Source: Wohlfahrtiimonas populi
GTDB taxonomy: Bacteria > Pseudomonadota > Gammaproteobacteria > Cardiobacteriales > Wohlfahrtiimonadaceae
DNA length: 64,000 nt
Direction: 5' to 3'
NCBI RefSeq assembly: GCF_002006795.1
Contig: NZ_MVDN01000003.1
Span: forward strand, 113,957-177,956
The stretch's first letter is position 1. Each line of letters begins with the position of its first letter. A program made the translations under genes and the position numbers. This document shows positions 56,500-64,000 of the stretch, piece after piece. The notes under the pieces are model-generated. The model was not told the origin of the DNA. It did no database searches and worked only from the letters and a program-made list of their open reading frames with translations.

Positions 56500-57873
56500 C
56501 TATATATCCACTGTCAGCGCTATAGAACTCGGATCAACTTCTGACAGAATATTGCCATCCATATCTACAATGACATTAAGCTTATGATTAGCCTGAAAAA
56601 ACACCTGATTATTCACTTGATGCGCTTGCCTTAAAGATAACCAATCTTTTTTATGAGACCAAATAATGCTGCCATCTTTGCGACTCAATTTCTGCAATGT
56701 ATATGTTTCATTATCCGCAATGGTTAGCTTCAAAGCGAGCATAATGCTCTCTTCATCCTGTGCAATGACTTCTGAATAAGCAGTATATTGGCGCTTTGGC
56801 GTAAAATCACGATATGATGTAATACGCGCTTGCTTTTGTGGATAAGGCAATAATAGAACTTTTCGATATGGGGACCGATCAGTGAATACGCCAGAACCAC
56901 CATGATCTTTTGTCCATTGAAATTTAAAATATCCAGCAGGGTAATATTTGTCATGCTTTTGCTGATACTCAATCAACTGAATGATTTCATCAGAAAACTC
57001 ATAACTTGCTTGGGAAAATTTATAACGTGTCACTGTTGTTGGATTTGGCAATTTTAAGTTAAATACTTCATGAGCTTTATCTTTCAGATAAACTTTTTGA
57101 ATGTCAGAAAACAAAATATAAGATTGACCAAGATTATTCACAATCTCTAAAGCTTTATAGAAATTCTGATAATCAATCGAAGCAATACCACTTGTAAATT
57201 CAGGATGATCAATAAAATAATCAGCATCTACGCTCACAAATATTTGATTCACTTTATCAAAGACATACAAAAAATATTTATTCACGATCAATAACGCACC
57301 ATGCTTTAAACTTGGTACCAATTGCACATCATAATCTGAATGCATGCCAGCGCCTTTAGTCGCAAAATTTACATCCATTGCTGTACGTTTAAGTTCCTTG
57401 CCTGTAATTGGATCAAACAATATTGTATAGAGCATGTACTCATTATTATTCTTGTACAACGCAACAACTGTTTCTACGCTATGTTCATCATCCACTGCAA
57501 TCAAAAGATTCTGGGTGAAATAAGGTTGAATCTCGCGTGTTGTTTCAACTTTTGGCTCTATTTGTTTTGGCTCTGCCACCACAACATTGTTATAAGTTGG
57601 TTTAGGTGCTTGAAACAAAAATACTTGAGTTACTTGATACACAATAAAAAGTGCAATCAAACCCAATAGTACTTTAATAATCTTCTTGCCGATATCCGCA
57701 TTATGATTGATAGAATTTCCATCAAGCTTATGATTATGGTTGATCGTAATATCATTACTATCCAAGAAAAAATTTGTCTGACAGTTATTACATAAGTAAT
57801 AATCTTCTTTGATCATTGTAATTTTGTAACTTTCACACTGCGGACATGCTATTTTCTTGATTGTTTTTGCCAT
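56500..57873 (-). CDS. hypothetical protein with N-terminal C4 zinc ribbon and single TM helix
   Basis: Carries CPQCESYK...CNNCQ, then a TM segment (IIKVLLGLIALFIVYQV), then a ~370-aa extracytoplasmic domain. No family was recognised. Confidence 0.35.
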   Translation of the reverse strand: MAKTIKKIACPQCESYKITMIKEDYYLCNNCQTNFFLDSNDITINHNHKLDGNSINHNADIGKKIIKVLLGLIALFIVYQVTQVFLFQAPKPTYNNVVVAEPKQIEPKVETTREIQPYFTQNLLIAVDDEHSVETVVALYKNNNEYMLYTILFDPITGKELKRTAMDVNFATKGAGMHSDYDVQLVPSLKHGALLIVNKYFLYVFDKVNQIFVSVDADYFIDHPEFTSGIASIDYQNFYKALEIVNNLGQSYILFSDIQKVYLKDKAHEVFNLKLPNPTTVTRYKFSQASYEFSDEIIQLIEYQQKHDKYYPAGYFKFQWTKDHGGSGVFTDRSPYRKVLLLPYPQKQARITSYRDFTPKRQYTAYSEVIAQDEESIMLALKLTIADNETYTLQKLSRKDGSIIWSHKKDWLSLRQAHQVNNQVFFQANHKLNVIVDMDGNILSEVDPSSIALTVDI

Positions 57874-57945
57874 AATAAATATCTTTGGATAATCTGAGAA
57901 CTAAATCGCATGCATTATAACTGTTTCCATCAGCAATGATATACT

Positions 57946-58317
57946 CTACATATTGCTTAATATATCTTCGATGTCATAACATTCAGGATGCCTTTGAATC
58001 ACTGCAATCAGCTCATATATACTTGAAAAAACAGGCGATAAATCCATTTCATCATGATTCAACAAAGCCACTTGATATTGGTGCTTCCCAGCATGATAAA
58101 CACAAATATAATTTGAATTATTATCCATCATAATGGGTAAAAGCTCAGAAAAATCATCAGGATATTCAGAGAAAAATGACATCATACTTTCAAACTCTTC
58201 TTGTTCTAATATCACGAAACCATCTCGACTGATAAAATTACCCAAGGCATCCACATCTCTACTTGGAAATTGATAGGTATTTAATAGATTTGTTATAAAA
58301 CTCATAGCATTTTGCAC
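57946..58317 (-). CDS. small acidic protein, possibly SMI1/KNR4 (SUKH)-like
   Basis: 123 aa. The pattern (LPSRDVDALGNFISRDG ... YHAGKHQYQVALLNHDE) resembles SUKH immunity-type proteins. The call is weak. Confidence 0.25.
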   Translation of the reverse strand: MQNAMSFITNLLNTYQFPSRDVDALGNFISRDGFVILEQEEFESMMSFFSEYPDDFSELLPIMMDNNSNYICVYHAGKHQYQVALLNHDEMDLSPVFSSIYELIAVIQRHPECYDIEDILSNM

Positions 58318-58431
58318 CCAAATAATATTGATTATCTGTATTATATAAATAATCAGAAAAACTTAGGAATATTCTCTATGATTGCTTTTTTAACCAATGC
58401 TGCCATCCATAAAAATAAAATTTAGTGAATT

Positions 58432-59127
58432 ATGAGCTTTCAATTAAACCCCAACCTTAAAAAATCATTACTGAAATTCATTTATGCATCTACTATTGTT
58501 GCATCATTGATCTTGGTCGCGGATATCACTCTGTTTGATATTCCTAATATTAATAGTGATCCTTTTACGCGTGGCAATCAGCTTCAATTTTGGATCTGTT
58601 TATACTTTTTATTTGATTTTGTTTTGCTATTTCTTTTAGCTGATAACAAATCCAGCTACCTGAAACGCTATGGCATTCTAGTTTTAATCTCCATTCCTTA
58701 TATTAATATCTTTGAATATTATGATCTCAGTATTTCCCACCAGATTTTTTATCTCTTAAAATTCTTGCCCATTTTACGTGGCACAATCGGTTTATTCCTA
58801 TTGGCAAAGCTACTCATCAGCAATAAAATCACAGGCTTATTTGTTTCCTATTTAGCGTTATTCTTCTCCATTGCCTACTTACAAACACTGATCTTCTTTG
58901 TGTTTGAAAATGGCATTAATCCTGATGTTAAAACTTATAGCGATGTGCTTTGGTGGGCTTCCATGACGGCCACAACATTAGGCTCGAACATTATCCCCAT
59001 CACAACAGCTGGTAAAGTAAGCACTGCGATCTTAGCCATTACAGGCATTACCATCTTCCCTATTTTTACGGTTTATGTCACAAGTTTGGTGCAAAACCTC
59101 AACAGTAAACATAAAGTCACTGAATAG
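58432..59127 (+). CDS. two-TM ion-channel (K+-channel-like) protein with non-canonical selectivity filter
   Basis: 231 aa. A pore-helix-like segment WWASMTATTLGSNI stands in place of the canonical WW..TMTTVGYGD, and TM helices flank it. Confidence 0.45.
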   Translation: MSFQLNPNLKKSLLKFIYASTIVASLILVADITLFDIPNINSDPFTRGNQLQFWICLYFLFDFVLLFLLADNKSSYLKRYGILVLISIPYINIFEYYDLSISHQIFYLLKFLPILRGTIGLFLLAKLLISNKITGLFVSYLALFFSIAYLQTLIFFVFENGINPDVKTYSDVLWWASMTATTLGSNIIPITTAGKVSTAILAITGITIFPIFTVYVTSLVQNLNSKHKVTE

Positions 59128-59219
59128 AAAATCAGCAAGCTACATTTGTATACCTTGAAATTCTAAAATTCGTCCACATTTTAATTGGACGTAACTGAAA
59201 CAATGAACAAGGAGTTCAA

Positions 59220-59759
59220 ATGGAACAATATCGTGGTACCACGATCTGTGCTGTGAGACGTGGCAATGAAGTTGTCATCGGCGGCGATGGTCAAGTTTCT
59301 CTTGGCAATACTGTGATGAAAGGTAATGCGCGTAAAGTTCGCCGTTTATACAATGGTAAAGTCATCGCTGGCTTTGCAGGCGGCACAGCAGATGCATTCA
59401 CACTGTTTGAACGTTTCGAGGCTAAATTAGAACAGCACAATGGTCAATTGACACGTGCAGCTGTTGAATTGGCAAAAGATTGGCGTACTGATCGTCAATT
59501 GCGCCGTTTAGAAGCATTATTGATCGTTGCTGATCCTACAGCAATTCTTGTAATTTCAGGTAACGGTGATGTCATCGAACCTGAACATGACATGGCAACC
59601 ATCGGTTCTGGTGGTGCATTTGCACAAAGTGCGGCCCTTGCCCTTATCTACAATACTGAATTAGATGCAGAATCCATCGTGCGTAAAAGTTTAAACATCG
59701 CAGCAGACATCTGTATTTACACAAATCACAATCAAACGATTGAAAAGTTAACGTTTTAG
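59220..59759 (+). CDS. hslV: ATP-dependent protease subunit HslV
   Basis: Thr2 nucleophile ([15 protein letters not shown]) and the GGDGQVS motif are present. It sits directly upstream of hslU. Confidence 0.9.
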   Translation: MEQYRGTTICAVRRGNEVVIGGDGQVSLGNTVMKGNARKVRRLYNGKVIAGFAGGTADAFTLFERFEAKLEQHNGQLTRAAVELAKDWRTDRQLRRLEALLIVADPTAILVISGNGDVIEPEHDMATIGSGGAFAQSAALALIYNTELDAESIVRKSLNIAADICIYTNHNQTIEKLTF

Positions 59760-59768
59760 GAATTTATC

Positions 59769-61112
59769 ATGAGTGAAATGACACCTAGAGAAATTGTCCA
59801 AGAATTGGATCGCTATATTGTTGGACAAAATGATGCAAAACGCGCTGTAGCGATTGCTTTACGTAATCGTTGGAGACGTCAGCAAGTGACAGGTGATTTA
59901 CGCAAAGAAATCACACCTAAAAATATTCTAATGATTGGGCCAACAGGCGTTGGTAAAACTGAAATCGCACGCCGTTTAGCAAGCTTAGCTAATGCGCCTT
60001 TCATTAAAGTAGAAGCAACAAAATTCACAGAAGTGGGTTATGTTGGTCGTGAAGTGGATTCAATCATCCGTGATTTAGTGGAAGCTGCCATTAAAAAAGC
60101 ACGTGAAGATGCGATTAAATTATCTCATCCAAAAGCTGAAGAAGCTGCAATCAATCGTATTTTAGATGTATTGATTCCACGCCCTAAATCGGTAGGCTTT
60201 GATAATGAGCCTGATGCACCAAGCACAGATAACTCAACAACACGTCAAAAATTCCGTGAAAAATTAATTCGTGGCGAACTCGATGATAAAGAGATTGAAA
60301 TCGAATTGACGCAAAAGCATGCTTCTAGCATGAACATCATGACACCGCCTGGCATGGAAGAAATGGCAGAGCAATTGCAATCGCTATTCAGCCAAACAGG
60401 TAATGAACCAAAGCATAAGCAAAAATTGAAAATCAAAGGTGCCTTGAAATTGGTTCAAGACGAAGAAGCGCGCCGTTTAGTGAATGAAGAAGAAGTGAAA
60501 AAAGCTGCAATCGAAGCTGCGGAAAACACTGGCATCGTATTCATTGATGAAATCGATAAAGTTTGTCGCCGTGGCGAAACTTCTGGCACAGATGTTTCTC
60601 GTGAAGGTGTTCAGCGTGACTTATTGCCAATCATTGAAGGTAGCACGATCTCTACTAAATATGGTCCTGTAAAAACAGATCATATCTTGTTCATCGCATC
60701 TGGTGCTTTCCACTTGGCTCGCCCTTCTGATTTGATTCCTGAATTACAAGGCCGCTTACCAATTCGTGTGGAATTGAGTGCATTAACAGCGAATGATTTT
60801 GAGCGCATTTTGAAAGAGCCATCTTCAGCTTTGATCAAGCAATACAAAGCATTGCTACAAACTGAAGAAGTTAACTTAGAATTCACAGATGGCGCAATTG
60901 CTGAAATCGCTAAGATTGCTTACAACGTGAACGAGAAAACTGAAAACATCGGTGCTCGCCGTTTACATACAATCTTGGAACATTTGTTAGAAGAGATCTC
61001 TTTCACAGCATCTGATAAGAGCGGTGAAAATGTAACGATTGACGAAGCAATGGTTAAAAGCTCATTGGGTGAATTGTCTGACAATGAAGATTTGAGCAGA
61101 TTTATTCTCTAA
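59769..61112 (+). CDS. hslU: ATP-dependent protease ATPase subunit HslU
   Basis: Walker [16 protein letters not shown], the I-domain and the C-terminal DLSRFIL are present. Confidence 0.9.
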   Translation: MSEMTPREIVQELDRYIVGQNDAKRAVAIALRNRWRRQQVTGDLRKEITPKNILMIGPTGVGKTEIARRLASLANAPFIKVEATKFTEVGYVGREVDSIIRDLVEAAIKKAREDAIKLSHPKAEEAAINRILDVLIPRPKSVGFDNEPDAPSTDNSTTRQKFREKLIRGELDDKEIEIELTQKHASSMNIMTPPGMEEMAEQLQSLFSQTGNEPKHKQKLKIKGALKLVQDEEARRLVNEEEVKKAAIEAAENTGIVFIDEIDKVCRRGETSGTDVSREGVQRDLLPIIEGSTISTKYGPVKTDHILFIASGAFHLARPSDLIPELQGRLPIRVELSALTANDFERILKEPSSALIKQYKALLQTEEVNLEFTDGAIAEIAKIAYNVNEKTENIGARRLHTILEHLLEEISFTASDKSGENVTIDEAMVKSSLGELSDNEDLSRFIL

Positions 61113-61132
61113 TTCCCTGCTTTAAATAAACT

Positions 61133-61167
61133 CAATAAAAAAACCTCGCAATGCGAGGTTTTTTATT
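61133..61167. terminator. bidirectional rho-independent terminator AAAAAAACCTCGCAATGCGAGGTTTTTTATT between convergent hslU and PstS-like genes
   Basis: GC stem flanked by A7 and T6. Confidence 0.6.
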
Positions 61168-62380
61168 AAATCGGCACATAGCCTGTTTGTTCAATAATCT
61201 TTTGCCCTTGTTCTGATAAAATCCATTGAAGCAATTTTTCCACATCTGGATTATTATTATCTTCTAATGTCACAGCATAAAATGATGCAGTTAAAGGATA
61301 TTCGCCAGATTTAATCGTTGCTTTAGAAGGTAATATTCCATCAATACTTAATAATTTAACCTCATTGTTTGCTAGCATTGATTGCACAAAATAGCAAAAT
61401 GAAAAACCCATTGAATTAGCATAGTTTCTATAATCTGCTGTTTGATTAATAATTCCTCCCATGCCTTGTACAACATCTTCTTTAGGTGGAGAAATAATTG
61501 GAATATTTCCCATAAATTTCAGGAATGCACTTTGACTGCCACTTCCCTCATTGCGCTGAAATGCTCGAATAGCTTCATTCTTGCCACCTAATTCCTGCCA
61601 GTTTTTAATTTTACCGCTGTAAATATCTCTTATCTGTTCTGTCGTTAAATCATTCACAGGATTATTACTATTCACAAAAAAGACAAATGCATCTTGACCA
61701 ATCGGAGTAAATTTCATAGTTACATTATTATTTTTCGCATCTTCCAACTGCTCCTTTGAAGGTGAAACTACAAAAATCATATCTACTTTACGACTAATTA
61801 ATCGCTGATACGCATAAATTGTATTGTTGTAACTAACTGCGCTCTCATGAAGATTATAATGTCGTTGAGGATATACTGCTTGTGCAAATGCAGCATACAC
61901 AGGATATAATGCTCTAGCCCCATCTAACTTTGGCAATGGATCAGTTAATTTTAAAGTGCTTGGTTCATCTAAATAAACTGATTTTGTATTTTCTGTAAAT
62001 GGCACATAATCATATATCTCAAGGCTTTTCTCGCTTACTCTCGCAAAACTATTATCATACATTCTATAGAAGTCTTCGACCATCACAGGTGTTGCTAATA
62101 TCCCGACAAATCCACACCACAAATAGATTTTGATTTTTCGTGAATATCGCTTCATAAACAAAGATACAATCACTAATGGAATGCCTAATATCGTCAATCC
62201 AAAACCTGCATATACTTTAATCTGGCTCCCAGAAAAACTACCGATAATTAATACTAGAAATGATGCAAATAAGAAAGCTGCGACCAATATTAATAAAACA
62301 AAAATTTTCCATGCTATATGAGTACTGCCGTTATCAATTCTTAGCTCATTCTGTTTGTTATCTTCTTTATCAGTTTCCAT
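61166..62380 (-). CDS. PstS-family (type-2 periplasmic binding fold) phosphate-binding domain protein with N-terminal membrane anchor
   Basis: 404 aa. Two N-terminal TM helices are followed by a PBP-like domain carrying GSGSQSAF and a QDAFVFFVN pattern typical of PstS-like substrate-binding proteins. Confidence 0.55.
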   Translation of the reverse strand: METDKEDNKQNELRIDNGSTHIAWKIFVLLILVAAFLFASFLVLIIGSFSGSQIKVYAGFGLTILGIPLVIVSLFMKRYSRKIKIYLWCGFVGILATPVMVEDFYRMYDNSFARVSEKSLEIYDYVPFTENTKSVYLDEPSTLKLTDPLPKLDGARALYPVYAAFAQAVYPQRHYNLHESAVSYNNTIYAYQRLISRKVDMIFVVSPSKEQLEDAKNNNVTMKFTPIGQDAFVFFVNSNNPVNDLTTEQIRDIYSGKIKNWQELGGKNEAIRAFQRNEGSGSQSAFLKFMGNIPIISPPKEDVVQGMGGIINQTADYRNYANSMGFSFCYFVQSMLANNEVKLLSIDGILPSKATIKSGEYPLTASFYAVTLEDNNNPDVEKLLQWILSEQGQKIIEQTGYVPI

Positions 62381-62452
62381 AAAAAAACCTCATAATTTTT
62401 GCTATAGCAGAATCTTATGAGGTTTAGGAATTTTAATCCAATTATAAATTTA

Positions 62453-63976
62453 TTAGAAATTCTCTGAATTTTCCAATTGCTTAACTTTAGTATCCAATTG
62501 ATCTTGGATCTCTTCCACTAATTCCTTGTCGTTTTCTTCTTCAGCGGCTTCTAATTTCGCTTCATCCACCAAACATTCAGGATTATAGATAGAGATCACT
62601 TCTTGACCATCTTTATCTTCAGTCACAATGTACTTCATGCCACTGTAGTTCATTTTGTGGCACATTCTTTGATACCAGCCAGCAAAACCTTCAGTTGGTT
62701 CATTAGGATTATGATAATAAGCATTCATCACACCTGGTAAACCTAAACCGCACACTAAACCTGACAACAACACACATGTAAATGTATAACCAATCAAAAT
62801 ACTGCTGTAGTTAGATAATTGTGGAACATTTGCAACGGCCAAAACCAATGCCAATGAAATACCACCACGAACACCGCCCCAAGATAAGATTGCTAAGCTA
62901 CCGTGATAGCTTTTTCTTCTCACTGATCTAAATGGTACGAATGCTAAGAAGTTACCTGCAAAACGTGATAAATGAAGGATGATAAATGCAACGACACCGC
63001 CCAATAACAAATCGCTATTGAAATCGATGATGAATAATTCCATACCAATCAATGTGAATAAGAACGAATTAATGATGCCTTCAACTGTATGCCAGAAATG
63101 GTTGATTTCGTTTATTTCTTGTTCTTTTAAAATATCCTGCCAGCGATTACCCACAATCAAACCGCCCACAACACAAGCGATTGGACCAGAAGCATGCGCA
63201 TACAATGCCACTAAGTAAGAACCTGTTGCTAAGAATGCTGTTGATAGAATCAATGATTCCATTTCATGTTTGCCATCTAACAATCTCAATACGAACAGAC
63301 CAAATACAACACCGATGATCACAGCAACGAATACTTCATAAGCTAAATCGGCAAAGAAAGCTTCAACTGTGAATTCTCCACCTTTAACGATTGCTAAAAT
63401 ACTCATGAACAATGCGATACACACAGCATCGTTGAACAATGATTCACCTTCTAATTTAACCATCAAATGATGTGGTGCCTTCACTGAACTTAAAACACCT
63501 TTAATGCCGATAGGGTCTGTCGCACCCAATGCTGCACCCAATAGTAATAATACTAACCAGCTAACAGGATCACCCACTAAAATTTGGAAGCCATACAATG
63601 TGAAACCAAAGAACATTGCACATAAAACCAAAGCGATACTTGCTAAAATTGCGATTGGCTTAAAGTATGTTCTTAAATCTGAGAGGCGGAATTTCAATGC
63701 TGATGATGTCAAAATGAAACAGATCACACCATTGATTAAGAAATCGTAAAAATCAATGCTACGAACCGCAGATTCGATCTCTACAATATTAATTTTAACA
63801 TAAGCATTATTACCAAATAAGCTCACTGCCCATTGTAATAAGAAAACGAAAATTGCAGAAACAATTGGCACACCAATTGCAGCAGGTAACTTTAATATGC
63901 GCTTATTAAAGAGTGCTGTAGCGATGGACAGTAGAAAAACTACCGTGAAAATCTGTAAAAAATAGAAACTTCCCAT
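62453..63976 (-). CDS. cation:proton antiporter (CPA1, NhaP-type Na+/H+ exchanger)
   Basis: 507 aa with an N-terminal 10-12 TM exchanger domain (GESLFNDA motif) and a C-terminal cytoplasmic acidic tail. Confidence 0.75.
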   Translation of the reverse strand: MGSFYFLQIFTVVFLLSIATALFNKRILKLPAAIGVPIVSAIFVFLLQWAVSLFGNNAYVKINIVEIESAVRSIDFYDFLINGVICFILTSSALKFRLSDLRTYFKPIAILASIALVLCAMFFGFTLYGFQILVGDPVSWLVLLLLGAALGATDPIGIKGVLSSVKAPHHLMVKLEGESLFNDAVCIALFMSILAIVKGGEFTVEAFFADLAYEVFVAVIIGVVFGLFVLRLLDGKHEMESLILSTAFLATGSYLVALYAHASGPIACVVGGLIVGNRWQDILKEQEINEINHFWHTVEGIINSFLFTLIGMELFIIDFNSDLLLGGVVAFIILHLSRFAGNFLAFVPFRSVRRKSYHGSLAILSWGGVRGGISLALVLAVANVPQLSNYSSILIGYTFTCVLLSGLVCGLGLPGVMNAYYHNPNEPTEGFAGWYQRMCHKMNYSGMKYIVTEDKDGQEVISIYNPECLVDEAKLEAAEEENDKELVEEIQDQLDTKVKQLENSENF

Positions 63977-64000
63977 ATTATTATAAATTGCCTATAGTTT

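Overview
This is a 64-kb chromosomal window with roughly 38-40% GC, and its gene order suggests a Moraxellaceae/Acinetobacter-like gammaproteobacterium (an inference, not verified). Most of it is ordinary housekeeping sequence. Coordinates 2.2-12.2 kb hold a complete histidine-utilisation locus: hutC, then hutU divergent from hutI-hutG-hutH-permease-hutD-yceI. Other recognisable genes are a Tat-exported flavoprotein paired with a triheme cytochrome c, truA, an RpiR/HexR-like regulator with glk, yihA, a BetT-like BCCT transporter, a RidA protein, two NptA/PhoU-type Na/Pi cotransporters, panD and panC flanking a BASS-family transporter interrupted by an in-frame TAG, FUSC/YccS-family membrane proteins, an MFS exporter, a Zn-dependent alcohol dehydrogenase, fumC, a large fused GltD/NfnB-like plus PyrK-like oxidoreductase, yajQ, hslVU, a PstS-like protein and an NhaP antiporter. 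The stand-out region is a co-directional minus-strand gene array from 33755 down to 22030 with gaps of only about 2-140 bp. It runs NfeD/YqiJ-like membrane protein, YqiK-like flotillin, an ~1784-aa protein with coiled coils and a C-terminal MoxR/AAA_5-type ATPase, a small secreted protein, two tandemly duplicated secreted paralogs, and a signal-less class-3 lipase, with an orphan 5' fragment of a second lipase copy. I read this as a candidate, apparently uncharacterised, flotillin-associated giant-ATPase system lying next to a lipase effector/immunity-like cassette. No rRNA, tRNA, CRISPR array, IS element or integrase could be recognised by eye.
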